Below, piece after piece: positions 1 through 10,466 of a stretch of 64,000 nt of DNA. The translations under genes and the position numbers were made by a program. Source of the DNA: Candidatus Multivorans sp. (lineage in GTDB: Bacteria; Acidobacteriota; Thermoanaerobaculia; Multivoradales; Multivoraceae); assembly GCA_965224025.1 (NCBI GenBank), contig OZ245033.1:4256001-4320000 (forward strand), read 5' to 3'. A model generated the notes under the pieces. The model saw only the letters and a program-made list of their open reading frames with translations. It was not told the DNA's origin and did no database searches. Each line of letters opens with the position of its first letter. Positions within the stretch are counted from its first letter, which is position 1.

Positions 1-278
1 TGCACAGTGATCGCCGCCGCACCGGCGAGCACACTGCAACCTGTGGCGACCTCGTTCGCGCCCACGACCATGCCGTTCCCAACCCCGCCGCCGGCCGTCC
101 GGACGAGGACGACCAGGCCGGAATCGATGATTCGCTGCGGCGTGGCGAAAGCGACCGAGCCGACGGCCAAAGCGCTCGCCAGCATGGCGTGTACCGCCAC
201 CATGGGCCAAGCCGGTCTGGACTCCGACGGCCGTCGCGGCCACATCACCATCCGCCAGTCGCCGAGCCTGTAAGGCAT
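1..278 (-). CDS. Partial (runs off window) secreted trypsin-like peptidase domain protein, possibly catalytically dead
   Basis: Manual minus-strand translation from ATG at 278 (GGGGAGAG upstream): ...MLASALAVGSVAFATPQRIIDSGLVVLVRTAGGGVGNGMVVGANEVATGCSVLAGAAAITV. Resembles the trypsin-like GSGxVV...VxTNCHV region with His replaced by Ser. Confidence 0.35.
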   Translation of the reverse strand, partial: MPYRLGDWRMVMWPRRPSESRPAWPMVAVHAMLASALAVGSVAFATPQRIIDSGLVVLVRTAGGGVGNGMVVGANEVATGCSVLAGAAAITV

Positions 279-410
279 CTCTCCCCCCGGACAACCCCGT
301 CTGGTAGTCGGTTCTTCCGGGAACGCACAACGACTCTACTGCACGGCGATCCGGGCATCGCACTGTTCCCGTCGCCACCGCCGCGCGCCGAAGCTAAGAT
401 CGGCGACCGC

Positions 411-1481
411 ATGCCGAACACCGACCCTCAAAGCCGCCACGAGAAGTTCTCGGGAACCAAGGAAGTGGCGGAGCGGCTGCGCTTCGACGTCGCGCCGTTG
501 CAGCGCTACCTCGAGGAGCACGTCGAGAGGTTCTCGGGCGATCTCAAGGTCCGGCAGTTCAAGGGCGGGCAGTCCTGCCCCACGTACCTGCTCGAAGCCG
601 GCGGGACGAGCTACGTGCTGCGCCGCAAGCCGCCTGGCAAGCTGCTGCCCTCGGCGCACGCGGTGGACCGCGAGTACCGCGTAATGACGGCACTCGGGGA
701 CACGAACGTGCCGGTGCCGCGGACCTACTGCCTGTGTACCGACGAGTCGGTCGTCGGCACGATGTTCTTCGTCATGGAGCGCGTCGAGGGCCGGGTGCTC
801 TGGGAGGCGCTGCTGCCGGGGATGGAACCGAAGGAGCGGTTCGCGATCTACGACGCGATGAACCGGACGCTCGCCCGGCTCCACGCGGTCGACTACGAGG
901 CCGCGGGGCTCTCGACCTACGGCAAGCCGGGGAACTACTTCGCCCGCCAGATTCACCGCTGGACGAAGCAGTACGTCGCCTCGGAGACCCGGGACATCCC
1001 GGCGATGAACGCGCTGATCGAGTGGTTGCCGGCGAACATCCCCGACGACGACGAGACGACGATCGTCCACGGCGACTTCCGGCTCGACGACATGATCCTG
1101 CACCCGGAGCGGGCCGAGGTGATCGCCATCCTCGACTGGGAACTCGGCACGCTCGGCCATCCGCTCGCCGACTTCAGCTACCACGCGATGCAGTGGGAAA
1201 TCCCGAAGGAGAAGGGCGGCCTGAAGGGTCGCGATCTTGCGGCCATCGGTCTGCCGACTCTCGAGCAGTACCGCGAGGCGTACTGCCGGCGCACCGACCG
1301 GGACGGGATCCCGCACTGGAACTTCTACCTCGCCTACAACTTGTTCCGGAGCGCGGGTATCGCCCAGGGCATCGCCGGCCGGGTACGCGACGGCACCGCC
1401 GCGAGCTCTCACGCGAAGGAGGTGGGCGAATCGGTGCCGCGCACCGCGGGTCTGGCCTGGAAGGTCGCCCAGCGGGCGTGA
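411..1481 (+). CDS. Aminoglycoside-phosphotransferase (APH)-family kinase, ACAD10/11 N-terminal-like
   Basis: Motifs QFKGGQSCPTY, VLRRKPPGKLLPSAHAVDRE, HGDFRLD, ILDWEL. Start moved to ATG at 411 (MPNTDP). Confidence 0.9.
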   Translation: MPNTDPQSRHEKFSGTKEVAERLRFDVAPLQRYLEEHVERFSGDLKVRQFKGGQSCPTYLLEAGGTSYVLRRKPPGKLLPSAHAVDREYRVMTALGDTNVPVPRTYCLCTDESVVGTMFFVMERVEGRVLWEALLPGMEPKERFAIYDAMNRTLARLHAVDYEAAGLSTYGKPGNYFARQIHRWTKQYVASETRDIPAMNALIEWLPANIPDDDETTIVHGDFRLDDMILHPERAEVIAILDWELGTLGHPLADFSYHAMQWEIPKEKGGLKGRDLAAIGLPTLEQYREAYCRRTDRDGIPHWNFYLAYNLFRSAGIAQGIAGRVRDGTAASSHAKEVGESVPRTAGLAWKVAQRA

Positions 1482-1594
1482 ACCCCAAACACTGGATGCG
1501 CCGGCGTCCGCAAACCCTCGCCGCCCTGCCGACGCAGACAAAGCGGGCCGTCCCTTTCCCTCTATACTCCCGCTCGCCCCCGCCACCGTTCTCG

Positions 1595-2889
1595 ATGGAC
1601 TGGACAACCATCCGCCTGCTGTACCTGAGCGAGCTCAGGTCGGCGCTGCGTGAGCGGTCGGTCCTGATCAACGGGATCCTGATCCCACTCCTGATGTACC
1701 CACTGATGATGTGGGTCATGTTCTCGGGCATCCTGTTCGTCACGGCGCGCTTCGAGAGCTTCGACTCGCGGGTCGAGATCGCGGGCCTGCCAGCCGAGCA
1801 TCGGGGCCTGCTCGAGCGCCTGGAGGACGACGACCGGACCGAGGTCGCGGAGGTCGACGCGCCGCCGGCCGGCGCCGCGGCCGCGTACCGTGAGGAAGTC
1901 GAGGACCGCCTGCTCGCCGGCGAACTCGACGCCGCCCTGATCTTCGAGGCCACGGCGGACGCTCTCCCGGGCAACGCCGCGGTCTCGCTTCTGAGCAACG
2001 GCTCGAGCGACCAGTCCCAGACCGCGCGCGCCCGCCTGGAACGCGCCCTCTCGGCCGAGCGCTCGGCTTGGCTCGACCGGATCGCCCAACAGCACGATCT
2101 GGACGGCGCCGATTGGCAGGTCTTCGACGTGGAGTCGAACAACCTCGCCACCGGTCGCCAGATGGGGCAGTTCGTGATGGGAATGATGATCCCGTTGTTC
2201 TTCGTCTTCATGATCGCAAACGGCTGCCTCTACCCGGCCATCGACTCGACGGCAGGGGAACGCGAGCGGAACACCTGGGAGACCACGAGCACGCTCGCCA
2301 CCCGGCGCATTCACATCGTGACCGCGAAGTACCTCTACGTCGCCACCATGGGCACCGTCGCCGGTGCGCTCAACGCGGCCGCCATGGTCGTCTCCTTCCG
2401 CTCCTTCCTGGGGCCGCTCTTTGCCCGGCTCGGAGGCGGAGACGGCAGCGGCTTCGCCTTCGAACTGCCCCTGAGGTCACTGCCGGTCCTGCTCCTCACC
2501 GCCGTGCTGCTGGGCGCCCTCATCGGCGCCGCGATGATGATCCTCGCGGCCTTTGCCCGCACCTTCAAGGAAGGTCAGTCCATGGTCACTCCCATCTATC
2601 TCCTCGTCATCTTCCCGGTCCTGGTGCTGAACGACCCGAGCTTGACGTTCACGCCGGCGCTGGCGAGCATCCCGGTCGTCAACGTCGTGATGCTCCTGCG
2701 GCAGGCGATCGCGGGCAACCTGCTCTGGCTGCAGCTCGGGATCACGGTGTTTTCGAACACCGCCGCGATCCTCGCCTGCCTGTGGCTTGCATCGCGCATC
2801 CTGCGGGTGGAGAAGATCGCCACCGGCGCCTTCGAGGGCAATCTGTTCCAGTTTCTGCGCCAGCAATTCCGACCGGCGGGAGGTAGACC

Positions 2890-2893
<4 letters not shown>
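1595..2893 (+). CDS. ABC-2 type permease, NatB-like
   Basis: N-terminal LYLSELRSALRE plus TM helix, extracytoplasmic loop, AIDSTAGERERNTWET motif and several C-terminal TM segments. Start at ATG 1595. Confidence 0.85.
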
Positions 2894-3645
<752 letters not shown>

Positions 3646-3657
3646 GCAAGACGCCGG

Positions 3658-5730
3658 ATGAACCGCCGCACCGTCAGCGCGTTGGTCGTCAACGACCTGC
3701 GCCAGCTCGCCCGGAACCCCCGGGTGCTGGTGTTCGCCGTCGCTCTGCCGCTCGTCATGTGGCCGCTGATGTGGTTCCTGACCTCGCTCACCACGGAGCG
3801 GCGGCAGGAACGACTCGAGAGCCGCACCTACTTCTATGCCGTAGCGGACGACCCGTCGGACGCCGAACGCGCCGCCGACGCGCTGGTGTGGCTCGAACGG
3901 GCTCTGGCCGTCGCCGGCGACGAGGATCCGGCCGAGGATGCGGACGCATCGGACGGTCCCGCGGTGCATTTCGAGCGCGTCGAAGCACCTGCCGACTTCG
4001 CGGCCGCCCTCGACGAGGAAGAACTCCACGTCCTCATCGCCTGGGAGTCCGGAACTGACGAGGACGACACAAACGAAGACGTGGACCGGGAGGCGGTCGA
4101 AGACATCGGAGACGGCGCACAACGCGTGGTCCTCTCCTACCGCGCGGACATCGACGCCTCGGACACGGCCGAGGCTTGGCTCCGGCGGGCCCTGCAACGC
4201 ACGAGAGTCGAGGTCCGCGAGCAGCGTCTCGCAGCCGCCGGCTTCGAAGTGCCGCCGGATGACCTGCTACCGCTCGAGCGGATCGAGACCGCGAGCGAGG
4301 ACCAGACCTCGGGACTCTTCCTCGGGCGCATCCTGACCGCGATCATCGTGATGATGATGCTCGCCGGCGGCTCGATCGTGGCCACGGACGCGCTGGCCGG
4401 CGAGAAGGAACGCGGCACGCTGGAGACTCTGTTGACCACGGCCGCCAGCCGCATCGAGATCGTGATCGCGAAGAACCTCTCGATCCTGGCCGTCGCCTTC
4501 GCCACCAGCGTGCTCAACATCGCGAACATCGTCCTTTGGATGCGGCTCGACCTGATCGCCGCACCAGCCGGCCTGAAGCTGGTCATCCCGGTCGGCGCCG
4601 GCCTGCTGCTGCTCTTCCTGTACGCGCCGGCGGCTGTGCTTCTGTCCAGCAGCCTGCTGCTCGTCTCGGGCCGGTCGAAGACCTACAAGGAAGCGCAGTT
4701 GCTGTTCGCGCCGGTGATGCTCGTGTCCCTGGCCATTGCGGCAATTCCCGTGCTGCCCGGTGTCGCGCTACGCAGCGCGATCGTGGCCGTGCCGATCGCG
4801 AACCTCGGCGTCGCCGCCAGGGAGATCCTGACGGGCCACTACGACTGGCCACTGATCGCGGCCGCCTGGACGGTGACCGCGGTCGCGGCGGCCGTGCTCG
4901 CGCGCGCTTCGGTGCGAACGCTCTCGGCCGAGAAGTTGATCACCGCCAGCGACATCGACGCCGCCGACTTGACCGGTGGGCCCACGCTCTTCCCGCGCCG
5001 CGTCGGGCGCTGGTTCGCGATCCTCTGGGCCCTGCTCCTCGTGTGGCAACTGAACATCGGCGACGGTATCGACGGCCGCCTTCTGATTGCGATCAACATG
5101 GCCATCTTCGGCGCCGCGGCCTGGCTGATGATCGCCCGCTACCGCCTCCCGGTGCGGGAGACCCTGTCGCTGCGGGCGCCGCCGGCGGCGGCCTGGCTCG
5201 GCGTCCTGATCGCCGCGCCGGCAGGCCTCGTACTGGCCGACGGCGTGGTCCGGCTCGCCAGCCTGGCGATGCCGATCCCGGAAGAGTGGATCGAAGCGAT
5301 GGCGGAGGCCCTGGGCGCCGACATCCCGCTCTGGCAGATGCTCATCTTCTTCGCCATCCTGCCCGGCGTCTTCGAGGAAATCGCCTTCCGCGGCGTCCTG
5401 CTCCACGGCCTGAAGAGCCGGCTGACACACGTGCAGCTCGTCCTGGTCGCCGGTATCGTGTTCGGCTTCTTCCACGTCGACCTGTTCCGCATTCCGGGGA
5501 CGTCCCTGCTGGGCGTCCTGCTGGTGATCGCCGTCATCCGCTCCGGCTCGATCTACCCCGCCATGGCCTGGCACGCGCTCCACAACACCCTGGCCCTCGG
5601 CAGCGCCCGCGTCGAGCAGATCGGCCTGCCGGACCAACCGACCTGGTGGCACTACGCACTGGCCGCCCTGGCGATCCTCCTGGCCTTCCGGCTGATGGGC
5701 CGGTCGAGATCGCCTGGAGCGCCGGCGTAA
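3658..5730 (+). CDS. NatB-like ABC permease fused to a C-terminal CAAX/Abi (CPBP) intramembrane protease domain
   Basis: AGEKERGTLETLL permease motif; C-terminal EEIAFRG, FGFFH and WHALHN CPBP motifs. Confidence 0.85.
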   Translation: MNRRTVSALVVNDLRQLARNPRVLVFAVALPLVMWPLMWFLTSLTTERRQERLESRTYFYAVADDPSDAERAADALVWLERALAVAGDEDPAEDADASDGPAVHFERVEAPADFAAALDEEELHVLIAWESGTDEDDTNEDVDREAVEDIGDGAQRVVLSYRADIDASDTAEAWLRRALQRTRVEVREQRLAAAGFEVPPDDLLPLERIETASEDQTSGLFLGRILTAIIVMMMLAGGSIVATDALAGEKERGTLETLLTTAASRIEIVIAKNLSILAVAFATSVLNIANIVLWMRLDLIAAPAGLKLVIPVGAGLLLLFLYAPAAVLLSSSLLLVSGRSKTYKEAQLLFAPVMLVSLAIAAIPVLPGVALRSAIVAVPIANLGVAAREILTGHYDWPLIAAAWTVTAVAAAVLARASVRTLSAEKLITASDIDAADLTGGPTLFPRRVGRWFAILWALLLVWQLNIGDGIDGRLLIAINMAIFGAAAWLMIARYRLPVRETLSLRAPPAAAWLGVLIAAPAGLVLADGVVRLASLAMPIPEEWIEAMAEALGADIPLWQMLIFFAILPGVFEEIAFRGVLLHGLKSRLTHVQLVLVAGIVFGFFHVDLFRIPGTSLLGVLLVIAVIRSGSIYPAMAWHALHNTLALGSARVEQIGLPDQPTWWHYALAALAILLAFRLMGRSRSPGAPA

Positions 5731-5746
5731 CGTCGGCAGCGCACTC

Positions 5747-5777
5747 CCTGGGAACGCGGGCGTCTCGCCCGCATCCG
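5747..5777 (+). repeat. REP-like hairpin repeat, short form
   Basis: CCTGGGAACGCGGGCGTCTCGCCCGCATCCG; stem GCGGGCG/CGCCCGC; lies between convergent genes; matches copies at 8.2, 25.4, 30.0 and 32.1 kb. Confidence 0.8.
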
Positions 5778-5791
5778 CTCCGGCGCCGCTT

Positions 5792-6589
5792 TCAGTTGAC
5801 CCAGGGACCGCGGTGCACGCGGTCGTCGTCCTTCGGCTTCTTGCCGCCTGGAACGACGCGGAAGCGGCGGCGGCCGCGGTTCAGCTTCCGCTTCACGTAC
5901 CAACGCTCGTACCGGCGCCGCATCTCGCGCATCAGACCTTTCGCGCGCCGAGGCCGCAGCAGCACGAACACGGCGCCGATCGCCGTGCAGATGCCGAGGA
6001 AGCCGGCGAGGTCGCCGTACGCCAGCAGGCCGACCCAGGCAAACGCGATCTCGATCCAGATGAACCACTTGGCGCGGATCGGCAGGACGAAGAACAGCAT
6101 GATCGTCGCGTCGCGCCGAATCAGCGCGAAGGCGGCGATCACGATCGCGATCAGCATCCGCTGGCCCTGCATGAGGGCGAAGGCCGTCGTCCCCGCACTC
6201 CCAGCCGACTGCAGCAGCACCTGCACCAGGCAAGCCACCAGGGCGGCCGCGCCGGCCGACATCCAGAGCAGATTCCAGAAGCGCTGCCGGCCCAGGGCCC
6301 AGCGCAGATCGCCGGCGAACATGTAGAAGATCAGCAGTTCCACCAGGAACCAGATCGACGGCCCGCCCCAACCCGCCGCCGGATAGGTCAGGAGTTGCCA
6401 GACCATGCCCTGCTGCCACACCGAACTCGACAGCCGCATCAGTTCCGGCACGAAGGAGAGGGCCGGCAAGAACTGCAGCGAGAAGGTGACGAAGAGCACC
6501 GCCACCAGCAACAGGAGGTCGCGCGCGTGCGGCCCGGAAAGGCCTCCGAAGCTCATCCTGCGCGCGTATGACCCGCCACCCATCGTCAT
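5792..6589 (-). CDS. Rhomboid-like membrane protein
   Basis: VWQLLTY and LFFVLPIRAKW motifs typical of rhomboid-superfamily proteins, multiple TM helices, basic C-tail ending GPWVN. Catalytic GxSG not evident. Confidence 0.6.
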   Translation of the reverse strand: MTMGGGSYARRMSFGGLSGPHARDLLLLVAVLFVTFSLQFLPALSFVPELMRLSSSVWQQGMVWQLLTYPAAGWGGPSIWFLVELLIFYMFAGDLRWALGRQRFWNLLWMSAGAAALVACLVQVLLQSAGSAGTTAFALMQGQRMLIAIVIAAFALIRRDATIMLFFVLPIRAKWFIWIEIAFAWVGLLAYGDLAGFLGICTAIGAVFVLLRPRRAKGLMREMRRRYERWYVKRKLNRGRRRFRVVPGGKKPKDDDRVHRGPWVN

Positions 6590-6606
6590 CGTGGGCGTGA
6601 CCTTAC

Positions 6607-7029
6607 CTAGGGAATGACCCGAAGACCTTCAAGCTCCGCCGCAGCCGAAAGGCGTTCGTCGAGACACACGAACGGAAGCGCGCCGCCGAATTGGTTCTGG
6701 ATCAGCAGGGCCGCCCCGAGTTGGCCGGCGTCGGCGGCCCGGAGCGAATGACGCGCGAGCAGGAGGTCCGCCCGGGAGCGAACCGCGAGCACGTCCGTCA
6801 CCTCATCCCAACGGGCAGCATGCATATTGAACCGCCCCAAGACCAGGCGGCGCTCCGAGCGAGACAGCACCCCCTCGCGGGCGCGCCTCTCGACGGCGCT
6901 GACGACTTCCGTGCGTGTCCAGACCCAAGTGACGATGCCATCGTCCTCGGAGAGCCACTCTCGAACCCGTCGGCTCTCCCGCTCGGCGAGAAACAGCGGA
7001 ACGAGAGCGGATGCATCCCAGTACCTCAC
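6607..7029 (-). CDS. vapC: VapC-family PIN-domain toxin
   Basis: MRYWDASALVPL...E...LRAADAGQLGAAL...FVCLDERLSAAA acidic PIN pattern; directly downstream of an antitoxin. Confidence 0.9.
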   Translation of the reverse strand: MRYWDASALVPLFLAERESRRVREWLSEDDGIVTWVWTRTEVVSAVERRAREGVLSRSERRLVLGRFNMHAARWDEVTDVLAVRSRADLLLARHSLRAADAGQLGAALLIQNQFGGALPFVCLDERLSAAAELEGLRVIP

Positions 7030-7041
7030 GCTGCCCTGGAC

Positions 7042-7323
7042 TCAAAAGCGGTCGACACGGTCCTCGGCCAGCGCCTCGGAGATTCTCGCGTCGAGGGCGA
7101 GCGGCGGCTCATCGAGGATCCGGGCCGCGCCCCCTTTGCCCGGACGGATCACGCCCGCACTGACGAGGCGCGTCCGCAGATCGTCGTCGTCCTTCACGGC
7201 CGGAGCGACCAGTCGAGCCACAGGCTTCCCACGATCCAGAACCTGAATCTCGCCGCCCCGGCGGACCTCGCGCAGGTAGCGGGAGAGGTTCGCCTTCAGA
7301 TCGGAGATCGATACCGCTGTCAT
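7042..7323 (-). CDS. Phd/YefM-family antitoxin
   Basis: MTAVSISDLKANLSRYLREVRRGGEIQVLDRGKPVARLV; AAGGAG upstream of ATG 7323. Confidence 0.9.
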   Translation of the reverse strand: MTAVSISDLKANLSRYLREVRRGGEIQVLDRGKPVARLVAPAVKDDDDLRTRLVSAGVIRPGKGGAARILDEPPLALDARISEALAEDRVDRF

Positions 7324-7465
7324 GGCGACCAATATAGTCTCCTTCATGTGACCAGACAAGTCTCTACCCGTTCGGACCGCGCGCCGACGCCCCCGGACGC
7401 CGTCTGTATCATCCGTCGGGAGAGCGGCCGGCCGCCTCAGTTCACTACGCCACGGGAGACCCACG

Positions 7466-8059
7466 ATGGATCGCGAAGCCGCATGGAAGACCGTCCAGGA
7501 GTTCGTCAAGGTGCCCGGGCTCCGCAAGCACATGCTGGCCGTCGAGGCTGCGATGCGCTGGTACGCCGAACGGCTCGGCGGCGATGCCGACTCCTGGGGC
7601 CTCGCCGGCCTGCTCCACGACTTCGACTGGGAGATCCACCCCACTCTCGAGCGGCACCCGGCCGACGGCGCACCCATCCTCCGGGAACGCGGCCTGGACG
7701 AGGACATCATCCGCACCATCCTCTCTCACAACACGGAAGGCACCGGCGTCGAGCGGGAAACCCCACGCGACTACGCCCTGCTCGCCTGCGACGAGATCAC
7801 GGGGCTCGTCAGCGCGGCGGCGCTCATCCGCCCGAGCAAGGACATCCGCGACGTACCGCTCAAGTCCGTCCGCAAGCGCTGGAAGCAACGGGCCTTCGCC
7901 GCCGGCGTCGACCGGGAACACGTCGAGGAAGTCACCGCCGATTTCAGCCGCGAGTGTTTCGACGGTGAGCTCGACCTGTGGCAGCACGCCGGTAACGTGC
8001 TCGTCGCGATGCAGGCGGTCGCCGCCGAGCTTGAGTTGGACGGCCGGATGGCGCGCTAG
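7466..8059 (+). CDS. HD-domain metal-dependent hydrolase
   Basis: LRKHMLAVE, GLLHDFDWE, H...ILSH, LLACDEITG pattern; GGAG upstream. Confidence 0.85.
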   Translation: MDREAAWKTVQEFVKVPGLRKHMLAVEAAMRWYAERLGGDADSWGLAGLLHDFDWEIHPTLERHPADGAPILRERGLDEDIIRTILSHNTEGTGVERETPRDYALLACDEITGLVSAAALIRPSKDIRDVPLKSVRKRWKQRAFAAGVDREHVEEVTADFSRECFDGELDLWQHAGNVLVAMQAVAAELELDGRMAR

Positions 8060-8152
8060 CACCACAGGGCTGTCCAAAGTCGGCCGTTCCGAGGTCGGAG
8101 GTGCGGAAACGACTCCCGGATCGATGGATCGGAGCCGCGATAGCTCTCCAAG

Positions 8153-8264
8153 CCTGGGAACCCGGGTGGCGCGTCCCGCGCCACCCGCGAACCATCCGAG
8201 CGCCCGTCATCGGGCGTGCGGATGGCACCCGGGCGTCTCGCCCGCATCCGGCGCGAAGCGCCGG
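8153..8264 (+). repeat. REP-like multi-hairpin repeat, long form (four stem-loops)
   Basis: Stems CGGGTGGCGCG/CGCGCCACCCG, CCATCCG..CGCCCG/CGGGCG..CGGATGG, CGGGCG/CGCCCG and CCGGCGC/GCGCCGG. Homologous to 32021-32120 and 58573-58645. Confidence 0.85.
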
Positions 8265-8297
8265 ACTTTGGGATGGTCCTGTAGCGTCACGAAGATC

Positions 8298-8327
8298 TTG
8301 ACATTGTCAGCTTCCAATCTATAGGAT
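8298..8327 (+). promoter_or_regulatory. Putative sigma70 promoter with overlapping palindromic operator
   Basis: TTGACA (8298-8303), 18-nt spacer, TAGGAT (8322-8327). Perfect inverted repeat TGACA-T-TGTCA (8299-8309) over the -35 box, upstream of an XRE regulator. Confidence 0.5.
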
Positions 8328-8520
8328 CCTGACTTCGGAGTCGACTTGGTGAGCGACGGACCGCATCGGAACCTCCCTAGACTCCTTGAACGAGCGTGGT
8401 CTTTGCAGTTGAGGCAAGTTTCAGCCAGAGCCATGCATCGATACGTCGGCTCGCGTAGCCCGCAAGGACATGCTCGTCGGTCTGAGGCGAAGCCTCGCTA
8501 GCAGAGGATGCTGAAAGTAC

Positions 8521-9774
8521 ATGAACAAGAGTGGAACGCCTTCCTCGACTCTCTCGGCCCAGACTCCTTCGTTACGCGCTGGGCCACCCGGTTTCACTAG
8601 CCCGGCGCCGGGTCTCGACCCGCCGGAAGTCGGTCGACGGCTAAAGAACGCACGCGAGGCAGCGGGCATAACGCAGGCGGACGCCGCGGCCGCTATTCGA
8701 GTGGCTCGCACGACGCTTCTGGCCATCGAGAAGGGGCAGCGGCGCTGGCAGCCAGCTGAGCTTCAGCGGCTCGCAGTGGCCTATGGCACCTCCGCGAACG
8801 AGCTCTTGCGGCGCGAGTCCGTGCACGTGGACCTTGCGCACCGGTTCCGAAAGGACGGTCGGTACGTAGACGCGGAAGTCGGCAAGGCGGCCCGTATCCT
8901 GGTAGGGCTCGTCCGCGCAGAGGTAGAACTCGAGAATCTGCTCGGCGTCCAGAGGCCTCGCAACTACCCCGCTGAACGCCCTCTCCTCCCGGGAGACGTC
9001 CAGATCCAGGCCGAGAGCGATGCGCTCGAACTCCGCCAGCGCATCGGTTTGGGTTTGGCGCCCGTTCGCGACATCGAGAACCTGCTGGAACTCGAGTTTG
9101 GAGTGCGCGTCTACGTGCGTCCGCTTCCCTCTCGAGTCTCTGGCCTCTTCGCCTACGACACCGACATCGGTGCGTGTGTGCTGTTGAACGCGAACCACCC
9201 TTTGACCAGACGTGCCCTCACCGCGGTCCACGAACTGGCCCATCTGGTTTCCGTTCGCCACGCTACGAGCATCCACTACCGCGACGACCGGCCCAGGTCC
9301 CGAGCGGAATTCTATGCCGACGCATTCGCCCGCGCGTTCCTGATGCCGCCAAGAACTGTCCTTGAGAAGTTCCGGGAGTACACGTCAGGGTTCTCCGCCC
9401 TGACTCGCCGTCACGTCATCTTGTTGAGTCACACCTTCGGCGTGTCGCGCGAGGCGGTGGTCCGTCGCATCGAGGAGTTGAAGCTCGTTCCGCGGGGCGC
9501 ATGGGACTGGTTCCAGGCCAACGGTGGCATTGCCGACAGGCAGGCGGTAGAGGTTCTTGGCGGTCTGGCACCTGTTGAAACCGATACGGCTCACTCAGAG
9601 CGCTGCATGCCCCCCCGTATCGTCGCCCTTGCCGCCGAGACGCATCGTCAGGACCTTCTCAGCGAGGGGCAACTGGCACGCCTCCTGAGTCTCGACCGGG
9701 TAACGCTCCGTCAGGTGCTCGACGAAGAAGCCGCGGAGGGCGAACCAAGTGCCGCCACGTCACTTTCTCCATAG
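8521..9774 (+). CDS. XRE-family HTH fused to ImmA/IrrE Zn-metallopeptidase
   Basis: RLKNAREAAGITQADAA...RTTLLAIEKGQR HTH; SGLF...LLNANH...TAVHELAH (HExxH)...EFYADAFARAFLMP; C-terminal LSEGQLARLL. Confidence 0.9.
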   Translation: MNKSGTPSSTLSAQTPSLRAGPPGFTSPAPGLDPPEVGRRLKNAREAAGITQADAAAAIRVARTTLLAIEKGQRRWQPAELQRLAVAYGTSANELLRRESVHVDLAHRFRKDGRYVDAEVGKAARILVGLVRAEVELENLLGVQRPRNYPAERPLLPGDVQIQAESDALELRQRIGLGLAPVRDIENLLELEFGVRVYVRPLPSRVSGLFAYDTDIGACVLLNANHPLTRRALTAVHELAHLVSVRHATSIHYRDDRPRSRAEFYADAFARAFLMPPRTVLEKFREYTSGFSALTRRHVILLSHTFGVSREAVVRRIEELKLVPRGAWDWFQANGGIADRQAVEVLGGLAPVETDTAHSERCMPPRIVALAAETHRQDLLSEGQLARLLSLDRVTLRQVLDEEAAEGEPSAATSLSP

Positions 9775-10438
9775 CTTCGCCGGCCCGGTCGTTGCGGACA
9801 CCAGCGTCGTCATCAACTTGAACGCAACCGGGTGTTCGGAGGCCCTCCTGGCCGCACTACCGAACCAGGTTCTCATTGCAGAGCAGGTTATGTGGGAGTT
9901 GCAGGACCAGCGGAGCCGCCAGTACGCGGACGCAGAAATGCTCTCAAACCTCGTCGACCTCGATCTCGTCAGGGTGATGGCCCTTGGGGAAACCGCCCAC
10001 GAGATCTGGGCCGAGCTAGTCAGCGGGTCGGCAGCCACGACGCTAGATGACGGCGAGGCCGCCACGATTGCCGCAGCGATCGAACGGGGCGGCCTCGCAC
10101 TCATCGATAAGCGAAAGGCCCTGCGAATATGCGCGTCGCGGTTCGAGGAAGTCGGCACGGGCACCATCGTCGATCTACTGCGGCATCCACAGATACAGGG
10201 AACCCTCCCGAGGGAGGAACTCGCTGACGCAGTCTTCAATGCCGCCTACAGGGCCCGCATGCGAGTCCAGCACCACCATGCCGAATGGTTACTGGATCTG
10301 ATCGGCCGCGAGCGAGCCGCGTTGTGCAGTTCCCTCAGGAGGATCCTGCGTGCCACCAAGTACGCCGAACCACTACCGCCGAGCGAAGTTCACGAAGCGC
10401 GTGTGCAGTACGGCTTCGACGATGCTCCAACGGGATAG
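9749..10438 (+). CDS. PIN-domain protein (VapC-like) coupled to the XRE-ImmA gene
   Basis: VVADTSVVINL, V.WEL, LDDGEAATIA, ALID.RKA pattern; overlaps the upstream gene end. Confidence 0.75.
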   Translation: MPPRHFLHSFAGPVVADTSVVINLNATGCSEALLAALPNQVLIAEQVMWELQDQRSRQYADAEMLSNLVDLDLVRVMALGETAHEIWAELVSGSAATTLDDGEAATIAAAIERGGLALIDKRKALRICASRFEEVGTGTIVDLLRHPQIQGTLPREELADAVFNAAYRARMRVQHHHAEWLLDLIGRERAALCSSLRRILRATKYAEPLPPSEVHEARVQYGFDDAPTG

Positions 10439-10466
10439 GCCCGACGCTCCCGCTACTTGCCCGCGG

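Noticed and set aside
411-1481. Antibiotic-resistance APH gene
   Set aside because: Motifs match the acyl-CoA-dehydrogenase-associated (ACAD10/11-like) kinase subfamily, not aminoglycoside-modifying enzymes.
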